DNA of 64,000 nt from Candidatus Spechtbacteria bacterium (GCA_016188605.1 JACPHP010000003.1:16400-80399), one strand, 5' to 3'. Positions 8,851-19,403 are shown, counted from the first letter of the stretch. Notes: generated from the sequence alone by a model not told the origin. Translations and numbers: made by a program.

Positions 8851-11367
8851 GTGCGTCTACGTAGTGGACCTAGGATTCTAGCTCCAGAGGAACTTTACGG
8901 CCGATGCGATCCTGCAAAATTTGCAGATAACTCTAGCGCCAAAGGTCCTCCTGTCGGATTCATTGGTCAAGAAAACGCATGTGCGTCGTTAGAGTTCGGA
9001 CTCACAGAGCTTACGGATGGCTACAATATCATGGTTATTAATCCCAACAGCGGAAGTCGGCGTTCGGTGTTGCGCGAAGTTGTGCGAGAAATTTTGAACA
9101 CCCACTCCTTGCCTTATGAACTGCATGATTATTGCTACGTGCACAATTTTGCAACTCCGGAGCGCCCATCTCTAGTCATACTGCCCGCGGGGCGAGGCAA
9201 GACCTTCCACAGAGACGTATTGGGATTATTCCAAATGCTTTCGCGGCAAATCCCCGAAGTTATGTCTAGCTTTGTCACAATTCAAAGCACGCAGGCGATA
9301 CAAGACGAATGCGAGGGGCAAATCACTAATCGAATAGCAGCGTTCAGTATGATAGCCGAACAATCCGGACTGACAGTATATCAACGCACCAATCCTCAAG
9401 ATGGTCATGGAATAATTGAGCTAGTAGGCATTGAACCTGCAATAAATCCGGAAACCTTTGAGCCTGTTATGACTCAAGATGGGAGACCACAGTTTGTTCG
9501 CGTCAAACTGCTTGATTGGGTGTGGAATAGAAATCTTAGTGACGACCAACGCTCTTGGCGCCACCAAACGGCCACTCTTTGGGGTGCGCGATTTCAGGAA
9601 TTGTCACGTCTAATTTCTTCTCTAAAACAACAGACGAGAAAAAAGATTGATCGCCATCACAAACAACTGATTAACAATATAGCGGAAAACTCGACAGAAT
9701 CATCGTCCTTGCGATCGCTGCGCGAAAATTATCCGGAAGCAAGGGAATATCTTACAGCATTGCGACGATATATTTTTGCTCATATCAATGAGTTTATGAG
9801 CCAGGGAAAAGATGATGGGGAGGAAGATTCTTCTAGCCAAGTGATTCCGATTCCTTTCGTCGTAAATGTCTATGTGGAAAATGATCCTGCGCAAACGCAG
9901 ACGCCTATAATTAAGCCAAGCGATTTTACCCCGGCAAAATTTATTGGCACATTCAACACAGGACGTATGCCGAATGGCATGCCTCACATGGACCATACTA
10001 AAATGACTGCCGGCGATGTGGCGCGAGCAAATGGCTGCGTACTCATTATAGATGATGCGCTGCTTAAAAGCTCAAGGGGCGCTGTGCTGTGGCGGTGGTT
10101 AATTAAAACGCTGCATAATAAAACAATTGAACCTGAAGATGATACGGCTGGCGCCAATGAACTGCTGGGAATATCCAGCAGCACTAACTTCCGCCCACAG
10201 CTAATCCCGCTACAAATAAAAGTTGTCTTTCTTGTTGATCGCCGCATATACTACGATGTGCTCGTAAAAAATGTGGCCGATCAATTAGATGACTGCTTCC
10301 GTGTGCAGGCAGAACTATCTGACACAGCGCCTCGAACAGACGATAATGAAATGAAGTACAAGGCGTTTATCGATGACTGCCAGAAAGCCGCGGGGCTGTT
10401 GCCGTTTGACGCAACGGCCATAGCGCAAATTGTCCAGTACAGCTCGCGAATGTCTGGCGATAAGGAAGATCTTGCGCTTGATATGCGCGAAGTGAAAGCA
10501 ATCTGTCTTGAAGCAAATCGCGTGGCACTTGATGCCAAGGCAAGCATTGTTACCAGGGAGCATGTCCAGCAAGGCGCTCAGAGAAAGCGTAAAAGGACAT
10601 CACTTGTACGAAATAAGATGTTTCAGCTTATCGAGCGAGATATGATAATCATTCACACCGAAGGCAAAGAAGTTGGACGAGGCAATGGCCTTGCTGTGTT
10701 CAACACCATTAATGATCAGTTTGGATTGCCTATGACCGTAACATCACGTAAATTCTATGGTTCCGGCTTTAGTGTGCTGTTCCTAGATAGCCAAGCAAAA
10801 GCTACGGGCAAATCTTTCGAAAAGGCTGCCGGCACAATCGAAACCCTGCTTAAGGCCCGCTACGGAGAGTATCGAAACTTTCCTATCGCCGTAAGTATCT
10901 CATTTGAGCAGAACTATGGCGGTATTGATGGCGACAGCGCTTCGGTTATCGAGTGGCTGGTTGCGGTTTCCGCTATCGGCAACATTCCCCTACGACAGGA
11001 TATTGCCATCACCGGCTCTCTGGGCCAACACGGCCAAGTACAGCCCATTGGTGGTGTCAATGAAAAAATTGAAGGATTCTTCGATGTCTGCTCAAGCAGA
11101 GGACTAAATGGCCAGGTGGTGCTAATTCCAGAACACAATGTTCGGAACCTAGCTCTTCGTCATGATGTAGTTGAGGCATGCGCGCTGGGTAAATTCCACG
11201 TGATGGCCTACAGCACTCCGGAACAGGTGATGGAGTTTGCCAGTGGCATCTCGATGGAAGAAGTCGATAAGATGAGCAACGACGCGATTGAGCAAGCAAT
11301 CGCCCGCGCCAAAGAACAGAAAGAGAAAGCGGGCACTACTGCTAAGGATGAAAAAACAGAACAATAG
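8851..11367 (+). CDS. Lon-like (S16, AAA_32/LonC-YcbZ type) protease, paralog 1
   Basis: FIGQ, DYCYVHNF, FEQNYGGIDGDSAS (catalytic Ser), IGGVNEKIEGFF (Lys). Walker A degenerate (NPNSGSRRS). Confidence 0.85.
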   Translation: MRLRSGPRILAPEELYGRCDPAKFADNSSAKGPPVGFIGQENACASLEFGLTELTDGYNIMVINPNSGSRRSVLREVVREILNTHSLPYELHDYCYVHNFATPERPSLVILPAGRGKTFHRDVLGLFQMLSRQIPEVMSSFVTIQSTQAIQDECEGQITNRIAAFSMIAEQSGLTVYQRTNPQDGHGIIELVGIEPAINPETFEPVMTQDGRPQFVRVKLLDWVWNRNLSDDQRSWRHQTATLWGARFQELSRLISSLKQQTRKKIDRHHKQLINNIAENSTESSSLRSLRENYPEAREYLTALRRYIFAHINEFMSQGKDDGEEDSSSQVIPIPFVVNVYVENDPAQTQTPIIKPSDFTPAKFIGTFNTGRMPNGMPHMDHTKMTAGDVARANGCVLIIDDALLKSSRGAVLWRWLIKTLHNKTIEPEDDTAGANELLGISSSTNFRPQLIPLQIKVVFLVDRRIYYDVLVKNVADQLDDCFRVQAELSDTAPRTDDNEMKYKAFIDDCQKAAGLLPFDATAIAQIVQYSSRMSGDKEDLALDMREVKAICLEANRVALDAKASIVTREHVQQGAQRKRKRTSLVRNKMFQLIERDMIIIHTEGKEVGRGNGLAVFNTINDQFGLPMTVTSRKFYGSGFSVLFLDSQAKATGKSFEKAAGTIETLLKARYGEYRNFPIAVSISFEQNYGGIDGDSASVIEWLVAVSAIGNIPLRQDIAITGSLGQHGQVQPIGGVNEKIEGFFDVCSSRGLNGQVVLIPEHNVRNLALRHDVVEACALGKFHVMAYSTPEQVMEFASGISMEEVDKMSNDAIEQAIARAKEQKEKAGTTAKDEKTEQ

Positions 11368-11375
11368 AATATCTA

Positions 11376-11403
11376 AGGGCTCTTCGTAAGAAGAGCCCCT
11401 TTT
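11376..11403 (+). terminator. Intrinsic terminator
   Basis: agggctcttc-gta-agaagagccct followed by a T run. Confidence 0.65.
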
Positions 11404-11525
11404 CATTCTACTAAATAGTGTGGACATCACACTCCCTACGATATATAAAGTCAGTATTGATGGCTGATAAGCATCATGGAATGATACAGGCTCTTTAACA
11501 ATTCATTTTGGAAAGGGGGCGTGAT

Positions 11526-13988
11526 ATGACGCTAAAGAAACTTTCAGCCGATGACCTAATCGCCAAATGTAATCCTAAAAAATTTGCAAACAAAAAATAT
11601 ACGTCTGACCCGCTGATAGGATTTATCGGTCAAGAAAAAGCGTATCGAGCTTTAATTGATGGGCTAACTCAACCCGCCAACGGCTATAACATCATTGCCA
11701 TAGATCCGGGCATAGGGCTACAGTCGGTAATCAAAGAGGTAATTGCGCAAATAATCAACGATTATTCCGTCACAATATCGCAAAAAGATTATTGTTACGT
11801 GCACAATTTTGACGATCCTCTAGCGCCAACATTGCTCACCTTTCGCGCCGGTACAGGCCAGCAATTCCGTGCTGATATTTTGAAACTTTACGAAACATTG
11901 CAGATCAAAATTCAGGAAGCCCTGGCGGCTGGCGACTATCACATGCAACTGCAGCTAATGGCGGAGGATGCAGAAGCGCGCGTTCAAAAAATTTGGGCAA
12001 TTCTCAATAGAGAAATGGACGGCGATCGCCTTATTATGCATGACGTTGGCGACGGCCTTCATCTGTTTAATTTTGCAAGGCGCAAAAATTCTGATGAAAT
12101 GCAGCTGATGCCGGCGGAACTTTGGATAAATGATGTCACTAATAGCATTAGCGATGAAGAACTTCAAAAACGCCGCGGCGCGCGCGCAAAATGGCAATCA
12201 TCTATTTTCCGGGCAGCCAAAGAGGCGCAAGAGATTTCTCTTGCTCTGAAAAATGACGCTGCGGAAATGACAAAAATTATTGCCGTAAACACAATCAACA
12301 AATGCGTTGATCCTCTAATCGTTTCGTATCCGCAAGCCACGATGTTTATAGAAAAACTCGGGCAATTTGCTCTTAGTAAACTGCCTTTCTTTAGCGGACA
12401 GGCGTCTGCAAACGATCAAGGCGATCACGAGCATGATGGCAAAGAAGAGGGTGATGATGAGGAAGATGAAGCGAAAATTGCATTTTACGTAAACGTTTAC
12501 GTCGAGAACAATCCGGACAGCAAAATGCCACTTATTGTCGAAGCGTCGCACATGACTTACGCCGATATATTCGGCGAACTTGACCGTGATAGCCGCCTTG
12601 GCACGTATTACACTGACCACTCCAAGCTTTCTGCCGGAGCGATTGCCGTAGCAAACGGCGGCGTGCTGTTTATTGACGGCAACCAATTTTTCACAAGCCA
12701 AAACGGACAGCAAATGTGGGATGCTCTGCGCCATACGCTAAAAACGCGCATGATTGAGCTCAAAGAACTGGCGGATGAAGATGGTATTCCTCTTCCGCAC
12801 AAGCTTCGCCCTCAGCCAATTCCCTTTGAAGGAAAAGTTGTCCTACTGATAAGCCCCGCGATATACGAACTATTGCTTCATATATTTCCGTCTGATGTGC
12901 ATTCTCTATTTTGTATATCTGCTTGGTTTTCTTCGACCGCTCCGAGAACAAAGATGAATGAATATAAATACGCGCAATTTGTTACATGTTGCCAGCAATC
13001 GGAAGGGCTTCTCGCGTTTACGCCGAGTGCTATTGCAAGGATTATTGAATACGGATCACGCCTTGCGGAAGATAAAGAAAAACTTTTTTTAAACATGAGC
13101 CCTGTTAAGGCGCTTGTTATTGAAGCTAGTACTGTGGCTCAAGATACCAACGCGCGAGAAGTAACTGCGAGCCATGTGGAACGCGCGATTTCCATTCAGC
13201 GCGAACGAGTATCTCTTATTCAAGATCGTGGACTTGAAAATATTGTTCAAGGCCAAATTATTATTCGCGTGAAGGGCAATGAAATAGGCAGAGGAAATGC
13301 TCTGGCGGTATTTGAAGAAGCTGGCGAAGAATTTGGTTTGCCAGTAACAATCACTGCTCTGCGCCACCCCAGCGAAGCATTCGCAATCTCAATTTTAGAC
13401 GCTGATGCTGGCCAGACGGGTAAGGTGTTTAAGAAATCGGGCGGTATTATCACAAGCATCATTAAAAACTATTACGGCGCTAGCAGTGAAATTCTTTTTG
13501 ATATCACAATATCATTTGAACAAACCTATGACGAAATTGACGGCGACAGCGCGTCTACCATTTTAATTTGCACTGCTCTTTCCGCCATTGGCAATATCCC
13601 GCTGCGGCAAGACGTTGCAATTACGGGCTCCGCAAACCAGTTAAGCGAAACCCAAGCAATTGGCGTAGTCAACCAAAAAATTGAAGGTTTTTTTGACACC
13701 TGCGTCGCGTTAGGCGCGCTAGCCGGCCAAACCGTTCTCATTCCCGAACATAATGTAAGAGATCTAATGGTCCGTAAAGATGTCGTTCTGGCGTGTGAAA
13801 AAGGCGCTTTCAACGTCTATTCTTACTCAACGTGGCGCGAGGCAATGGAATTCATAACGGGCCTTTCTATGGCGGAGGTTGACCAGCGCGTCAGGGCCGA
13901 AATCTCTAAGGCAAAACGCCGCGAACAACGCTCTGAAGCAAAGAAAAAGAAAAAGAAAACTGCCAGAAAAATAACTACTGATAAATAA
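11526..13988 (+). CDS. Lon-like (S16, AAA_32/LonC-YcbZ type) protease, paralog 2
   Basis: DYCYVHNFDDP, FEQTYDEIDGDSAS, IGVVNQKIEGFF; Walker A degenerate (DPGIGLQS). Confidence 0.85.
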   Translation: MTLKKLSADDLIAKCNPKKFANKKYTSDPLIGFIGQEKAYRALIDGLTQPANGYNIIAIDPGIGLQSVIKEVIAQIINDYSVTISQKDYCYVHNFDDPLAPTLLTFRAGTGQQFRADILKLYETLQIKIQEALAAGDYHMQLQLMAEDAEARVQKIWAILNREMDGDRLIMHDVGDGLHLFNFARRKNSDEMQLMPAELWINDVTNSISDEELQKRRGARAKWQSSIFRAAKEAQEISLALKNDAAEMTKIIAVNTINKCVDPLIVSYPQATMFIEKLGQFALSKLPFFSGQASANDQGDHEHDGKEEGDDEEDEAKIAFYVNVYVENNPDSKMPLIVEASHMTYADIFGELDRDSRLGTYYTDHSKLSAGAIAVANGGVLFIDGNQFFTSQNGQQMWDALRHTLKTRMIELKELADEDGIPLPHKLRPQPIPFEGKVVLLISPAIYELLLHIFPSDVHSLFCISAWFSSTAPRTKMNEYKYAQFVTCCQQSEGLLAFTPSAIARIIEYGSRLAEDKEKLFLNMSPVKALVIEASTVAQDTNAREVTASHVERAISIQRERVSLIQDRGLENIVQGQIIIRVKGNEIGRGNALAVFEEAGEEFGLPVTITALRHPSEAFAISILDADAGQTGKVFKKSGGIITSIIKNYYGASSEILFDITISFEQTYDEIDGDSASTILICTALSAIGNIPLRQDVAITGSANQLSETQAIGVVNQKIEGFFDTCVALGALAGQTVLIPEHNVRDLMVRKDVVLACEKGAFNVYSYSTWREAMEFITGLSMAEVDQRVRAEISKAKRREQRSEAKKKKKKTARKITTDK

Positions 13989-14005
13989 TGTAAAAGCCCC
14001 CGCCC

Positions 14006-14059
14006 TGAACTGACCCCAAAGTGGACACTTTCAGTGTCTACTTTGAAGGATACGGTTCG
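14006..14059. mobile_element. Tiny IS3-like end remnant (MITE-like) nested in a terminator hairpin
   Basis: TGAACTGACCCCAAAGTGGACA at the left and an imperfect inverted copy TGTCTACTTTG...GGTTC at the right; no ORF. Confidence 0.4.
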
Positions 14060-14120
14060 GGACGAGGGCTTATTTTTTCATACGCTCATTCTTTCGATTG
14101 ATTTTTTGCGTAGAGAAAAT

Positions 14121-14402
14121 TTAGCATGCAATGATTCTGCAATAATCGTTATCCCCCAACTCTTCGTGAACCTTCATGTGAGTTTTCACAACGTAATCCT
14201 GAAAAGCTTCTTCGATATCTTCATCGTCTAGGCGTTGCGATGCCGCAAAACACATATCTATATAAAACCATTGCCAACATTCTTCGCACGATTTGATATG
14301 ATCAGTAGCATTTTGCCTGTCGTTTTGATTAATAGAATCTACGCTCTTTTTCTCGAATGTATGTATTTTCTTGACTAAAGATCTTGCATCCTCGCACTTC
14401 AT
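14121..14402 (-). CDS. Small protein with zf-HC2 (anti-sigma-like) zinc motif
   Basis: MxC at the N-terminus and HxxxCxxC (DHIKSCEEC); SD GGGAGG. Confidence 0.55.
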   Translation of the reverse strand: MKCEDARSLVKKIHTFEKKSVDSINQNDRQNATDHIKSCEECWQWFYIDMCFAASQRLDDEDIEEAFQDYVVKTHMKVHEELGDNDYCRIIAC

Positions 14403-14467
14403 GGTTCTTGCCTCCCTAATCTATATGCTTATTATTAGTAAAGAACCGCTTAACTTACGAAACAAAG

Positions 14468-14539
14468 TAGCCCTAAGGAGAATCGAACTCCTGTTGCCAG
14501 GATGAAAACCTGACGTCCTAACCACTAGACGATAGGGCC
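14468..14539 (-). tRNA. tRNA-Glu(TTC)
   Basis: GGCCCTA/TAGGGCT acceptor, anticodon loop TT-TTC-AT, TTCGATT T-loop. Confidence 0.95.
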
Positions 14540-14777
14540 AAAAAAGCGAGGGCTCACAGCTTTTTTGGGCCTGCAAAAAGCAGGCGGGGTAGTCAAATGC
14601 CAACAGTTTTTTGTCCGAGCCTATGGCGAGTAGTACAAGGCATTTGACGGTACCTTAGCGTTGAGTGAGTATCATTTATTATAAAATCTCTGCGACCTAA
14701 ATTGCGCAGACACTAACTATCATGCCAAAAAAATTGAAAAATGACAAGCTTTGCGGTATAATGCTGCCGACTACATT

Positions 14778-16007
14778 ATGAAAATTATTCTGGCCATAGA
14801 AACATCCTGCGATGAAACTGGAATAGCCGTCGTTCAGGGCTCGGGTAGAACCAAGCCCGTTATTAAAGTCCTCGCGGATGTTATTGCTTCCCAAATTGCA
14901 ATTCACAAAAAGTACGGCGGGGTCGTGCCGCATCTTGCCGCGCGCGAACACCAGCGCAATTTAATTCCCGCATTGCACAAAGCATTACGGGAAGCTAAAT
15001 TGCTAAATTCAAAAATCAAAACGCAAAATGCAAAACTACAATTCAAAATTAGAAATGTACGGGCCGCGGAAGCAATTCTCGCTCGGGAACCAGAACTGGC
15101 AAAAAAATTTTTATCTACCATTGTCAGCGAGCCCATACCACAAATTGACTATATTGCCGTAACAAAGGGTCCGGGATTGTCGCCAGCACTTTGGACGGGC
15201 ATAAATTTTGCAAAAGCGCTTGCGCTGCTTTGGCATAAGCCGCTTCTTGGAATTGACCACATGGAGGGACATCTCTCCGCTAATTTCATAAATGAAATTA
15301 GCGGAATTTCCAATTTCCAATTTCCAATTTCCAAAACCTCCTTCCCTATTCTTTGTTTAACTGTTTCCGGTGGACACACTCAACTAGTGCTCGCGCGCGA
15401 CTGGGCTCAGTTTGAATTGCTCGGCGAAACTGTTGATGATGCCGCTGGTGAAGCTTTTGATAAAGTCGCGCGCATGCTGGAGCTTTCCTATCCTGGCGGA
15501 CCGGAAATCAGCAAGCTCGCAAAAAATGGAAATCCTAAAGCATTTCCATTTCCCCGCCCGATGCTTAGCATGAAAAATTACCTCTTTAGTTTTTCCGGAC
15601 TTAAAACTGCTGTGCTTTACACTTTGAAAAAAATTGAAAAAATTACACCAGAAATAAAACAGGATATCGCGGCATCCTTCCAGCAAGCTATCGTTGACGT
15701 GCTTGTAAAGAAAACTATCAGCGCCGCCAAAGAATATAACGCAAAAACAATTATGCTAGCCGGAGGCGTTGCCGCGAATCAAGAACTCAGAAATAAACTA
15801 CGCCAAGCAATAGAACAAAATCTCCCGAATACGATATATAAAATACCAAATACTAATCTATGCACCGACAACGGCGCAATGATCGGCGCTGCGGCATACA
15901 TTCGCCTCGCCACGCAGAAGCTTTATGCGAAGGCAGGCCTTGCGCAAAAAGATTTTGACGTCCGCCCTATTGAAGCCGAGCCGGCTCGGCTAATTACGGA
16001 TAATTAA
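14778..16007 (+). CDS. tsaD: tRNA N6-adenosine threonylcarbamoyltransferase TsaD
   Basis: AIETSCDET, GGVVP, HMEGH, VSGGHT, DDAAGEAFDK and CTDNGAMI motifs; carries low-complexity insertions. Confidence 0.97.
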   Translation: MKIILAIETSCDETGIAVVQGSGRTKPVIKVLADVIASQIAIHKKYGGVVPHLAAREHQRNLIPALHKALREAKLLNSKIKTQNAKLQFKIRNVRAAEAILAREPELAKKFLSTIVSEPIPQIDYIAVTKGPGLSPALWTGINFAKALALLWHKPLLGIDHMEGHLSANFINEISGISNFQFPISKTSFPILCLTVSGGHTQLVLARDWAQFELLGETVDDAAGEAFDKVARMLELSYPGGPEISKLAKNGNPKAFPFPRPMLSMKNYLFSFSGLKTAVLYTLKKIEKITPEIKQDIAASFQQAIVDVLVKKTISAAKEYNAKTIMLAGGVAANQELRNKLRQAIEQNLPNTIYKIPNTNLCTDNGAMIGAAAYIRLATQKLYAKAGLAQKDFDVRPIEAEPARLITDN

Positions 16008-16047
16008 AAGACCTGTCGGGATGACAGGTCTAAATACATGATACTTA

Positions 16048-16881
16048 TTATCTACTAGTCTTTTTGCTTCCCGTATCTTCCTCAATCGTCGGGCAAAATG
16101 GATTATTCACGCCATCCTTTAGCGCGCTGAGGGGCGTGTGCTCTATAACAAAGGATGGCGCTTTGAATGCTAGCCAAGTGCAACCTATTAAAGTCGCGAC
16201 AGCTGCCGCGATAGCAGCGCCTACCAAAATGGCTCCTCCGATAAAATCAAAATACTGCCAGATACCTACAAGGCGAATCGGCTCGAGCACCAATACAATA
16301 ATCGCAAAGATTGCCCAGGTAGCAAGGTGTAAAAACAATACGGCTTTCGCAAATCGCGGCATAATTTCACGAGCATTTCCGATAATGTAAGACTGTAATA
16401 TTGCCAGTATAACCAACCACATTATTGCGAGCGTGACATTGCCGCTGTTATCATTCTCAAAAATATTACCCCAGAGCGTAGGGTCGATGAAGAAAATAAC
16501 AGCGACATAAACTAGAGAGCCCCAAATCAGAAACATAAAAATCCACAATGTCGCTACAAATCCCACCTTCCATGTCGCCGGGCAGATAGAAATCTTTCTA
16601 TGGTCTTCCCTATAGCCTCCGTAAGAATATCCCAGAAGAACATTCATGTATCGGTATAATCCAGTTGTCCATAAATTGTCGTCTCTTGCAAAAAACGTAT
16701 TGGCAAGTTGCACTGAAGATCCAACGAATAAAGGCAAACAGAAGAATACTCTGACGGTCCATACTACGGTCCACCAGAACCAACTTTCTTGCACCGAGAT
16801 ACTATTCATCCACATCGCCGTACCCAGAGCTACTAACATAGCAACGACCCAAAGCGCGCGAAGCTTATTCAACTTATCCAT
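16048..16881 (-). CDS. Hypothetical multi-pass membrane protein
   Basis: Several hydrophobic segments, two CP motifs, SD AAGGAG. Confidence 0.7.
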   Translation of the reverse strand: MDKLNKLRALWVVAMLVALGTAMWMNSISVQESWFWWTVVWTVRVFFCLPLFVGSSVQLANTFFARDDNLWTTGLYRYMNVLLGYSYGGYREDHRKISICPATWKVGFVATLWIFMFLIWGSLVYVAVIFFIDPTLWGNIFENDNSGNVTLAIMWLVILAILQSYIIGNAREIMPRFAKAVLFLHLATWAIFAIIVLVLEPIRLVGIWQYFDFIGGAILVGAAIAAAVATLIGCTWLAFKAPSFVIEHTPLSALKDGVNNPFCPTIEEDTGSKKTSR

Positions 16882-16954
16882 CTTAACGCTCCTTTCCTTG
16901 TTAAAAAACTTTCCTCTTTCCCTAGATTTCCATAACAGAAACATTCTGTCAACA

Positions 16955-17057
16955 CCCCGTTAGAGATAAATGTAGCACTGGGTTGATTGATGAGAATAAA
17001 AATCAACTATATTCAATATTTTAGATTGTTTTAGCCATAAATCTCTAACGGGGTCAA
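16955..17057. mobile_element. ~100-bp MITE-like element with CCCCGTTAGAGAT terminal inverted repeats
   Basis: accccgttagagataaat ... ataaatctctaacggggt; same family at 34976 and 42775. Confidence 0.7.
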
Positions 17058-17097
17058 GCTTCACCGATTCTTTTTTCTCTGCCATAATACAGACATT

Positions 17098-19302
17098 ATG
17101 AAAACCAAAAAAGAATTACCTAAAAGTTATGAACATCTAATAAGTGAGCCGAAAATCTATGCTCTTTGGGAAAAGAGCGGCTTTTTTGACCCCACTTCGC
17201 CTCGCTACACTCGGCTTCGCGGGGCAAGTCCCTCAAAAAAATACGGAAAAAATGAAACATTTTCTATCATCATGCCGCCGACGAATGCCAACGACCCTCT
17301 ACACATTGGACATGCTATGGGTATGACTACACAGGATATTATGATTCGCTACAACCGCATGCAGGGCAAAAAAACTTTGTGGCTGCCAGGCATGGATCAC
17401 GCGGGATTTGAAACGCAGGTTGTTTATGAAAAGAAACTTGCAAAGCTTGGCCGCTCGCGCTTTGATATGACGCGCGAACAATTTTACCAAGAAGTTTGGG
17501 ATTACACACAAAAAAATAGCGAAACTATCCGCGGACAGATAAAAAAACTTGGCGCCTCTTGCGATTGGTCTCGCGAAACATTTACGCTAGATAAAAATGT
17601 AATACAAACAGTATACGATACCTTTAAAAAAATGACTGATGAGGGTTTAATTTATCGCGCAGAAAGATTGGTGAACTATTGCACCAAACACCGCACGGCT
17701 TTTTCCGAACTTGAAATTGTGCACGAGGAGCGCAAAGACCCTCTCTACTATATTAAATACGGTCCGATCACCCTTGCCACCGTACGCCCTGAAACAAAAT
17801 TCGGCGACACTGCTATTGCTGTGCATCCAAAAGACAAACGCTACCAACAATATATAGGAAAGAAGATTGAAATTGAGACATTGCTCGGCAAAAAAATGAT
17901 TAAGATTATTGCCGACGAAGTAGTTGACTCGGAATTTGGAACGGGTGCTGTAAAAGTAACGCCGGCGCACGACCAAACCGACTTTGAAATTTGGCAGAGG
18001 CACAAAGACGAAATCCCCGGCCCTATTAAAGTTATAGGACAAGACGGCAAGCTAACTGAAGTTGCGGGCCCATACGCCGGAATGAAAGTTGAGGAAGCGC
18101 GCCAAAAAGTTGTAGAAGATATGCAACAAGCGGGACTGCTAGAAAAAATTGACGATACATACGAGCATACCGTGAGCTTGTGCTACAAATGCAATACCGT
18201 GCTTGAGCCAATGCTAATGAAGCAATGGTTTGTGCGCATGCAAACACTAGCGCAACCAGCCATAAAAGCCGCGCAAAAAAAAGAAGTGGTTTTTGTGCCG
18301 GCTAATCAAGGAAAAATTTACCTGCATTGGCTGCGCAATATAAAAGACTGGAACATCTCTCGCCAAAATTGGTGGGGCATTGCAATACCCGCATGGAAGT
18401 GCACCGCTTGTTCAACGCCAGAAAAGGAAGTTTGGACTGTTACTAACGGCAAAGAGCCAAAAGCATGCCTGCAGTGTAAAAAATTAACCGATCTTGCGCG
18501 CGATCCTGATGTGTTTGATACATGGTTTTCTTCCGGCCAATGGCCGTATGCCACTTTGGGTTATCCGAATGGCAAGGATTTCAAAACATTCTATCCAACA
18601 TCTATAATGGAGACGGGCTATGATATTTTGTTTTTCTGGGTGGCGCGCATGATAATGCTTGGCATATATCGCACTGGCAAAGTTCCGTTTAAGACTGTAT
18701 ATTTGCACGGCCTTGTACGCGATAAAGATCGCCAAAAAATGTCTAAGTCCAAAGGCAATGTTATTGACCCGCTTGGAATTGTAGAAATCTATGGCGCCGA
18801 TGCGCTACGTATGGCACTAATAGTAGGCAATCTGCCCGGACGTGATCCAATAATTTCTGAAGACAAAATCCGCGGCTACCGCAATTTCTCTACAAAACTG
18901 TGGAATATCACGCGATTTATTTTAATGAACTGCCAAGATTATTCGCCTGCTAAAAAAATTACACTCACTCCAGCTGACAAAAAAATCATAAAAGAGTTTG
19001 ACCGCGTGCGCGTTAAAGTAACCAAGAATATGGACGCGCTGAAGTTTTCGCATGCAGCGGAAATGCTGTACCATTATTCATGGCACGCGTTTGCTGATAA
19101 AATCATAGAAGCATCAAAGCCATTACTACAGGAAAGTGCTGACGCAAAAAAACGCGCAGCGCGCCAGCATGTTTTGATCACGACCCTAGCTGACACATTA
19201 AAACTCTTGCACCCGTTCATGCCATTTATCACCGAAGAACTCTACGGTTCCCTGCCGCTTAAAAAACACGGATTGCTAATGGTGGAAAAATGGCCGGAGT
19301 AA
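17098..19302 (+). CDS. valS: Valine--tRNA ligase (short form without the C-terminal coiled coil)
   Basis: HIGH and KMSKS motifs, DWNISRQNWWG, DVFDTWFSS. Confidence 0.97.
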   Translation: MKTKKELPKSYEHLISEPKIYALWEKSGFFDPTSPRYTRLRGASPSKKYGKNETFSIIMPPTNANDPLHIGHAMGMTTQDIMIRYNRMQGKKTLWLPGMDHAGFETQVVYEKKLAKLGRSRFDMTREQFYQEVWDYTQKNSETIRGQIKKLGASCDWSRETFTLDKNVIQTVYDTFKKMTDEGLIYRAERLVNYCTKHRTAFSELEIVHEERKDPLYYIKYGPITLATVRPETKFGDTAIAVHPKDKRYQQYIGKKIEIETLLGKKMIKIIADEVVDSEFGTGAVKVTPAHDQTDFEIWQRHKDEIPGPIKVIGQDGKLTEVAGPYAGMKVEEARQKVVEDMQQAGLLEKIDDTYEHTVSLCYKCNTVLEPMLMKQWFVRMQTLAQPAIKAAQKKEVVFVPANQGKIYLHWLRNIKDWNISRQNWWGIAIPAWKCTACSTPEKEVWTVTNGKEPKACLQCKKLTDLARDPDVFDTWFSSGQWPYATLGYPNGKDFKTFYPTSIMETGYDILFFWVARMIMLGIYRTGKVPFKTVYLHGLVRDKDRQKMSKSKGNVIDPLGIVEIYGADALRMALIVGNLPGRDPIISEDKIRGYRNFSTKLWNITRFILMNCQDYSPAKKITLTPADKKIIKEFDRVRVKVTKNMDALKFSHAAEMLYHYSWHAFADKIIEASKPLLQESADAKKRAARQHVLITTLADTLKLLHPFMPFITEELYGSLPLKKHGLLMVEKWPE

Positions 19303-19305
19303 CTT

Positions 19306-19396
19306 TGAATCATGAATTGTGAATAATGAATCATGAATACTATGATTGATTCACTACTGCAATCCACTATTCATGATTCGTGATTCATTATTCAAT
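19306..19396. repeat. Heptamer-periodic (TGAATCA/TGAATAA) inverted repeat element
   Basis: tgaatcatgaattgtgaataatgaatcatgaata ... tattcatgattcgtgattcattattca; same family at ~26298, 27772, 28495, 32451, 41143 and 57549. Confidence 0.8.
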
Positions 19397-19403
19397 TTAC
19401 GTC

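Noticed and set aside
14592-14648. gtcaaatgcc...ggcatttgac inverted repeat upstream of tRNA-Glu
   Set aside because: Single copy with no assignable function from this window.
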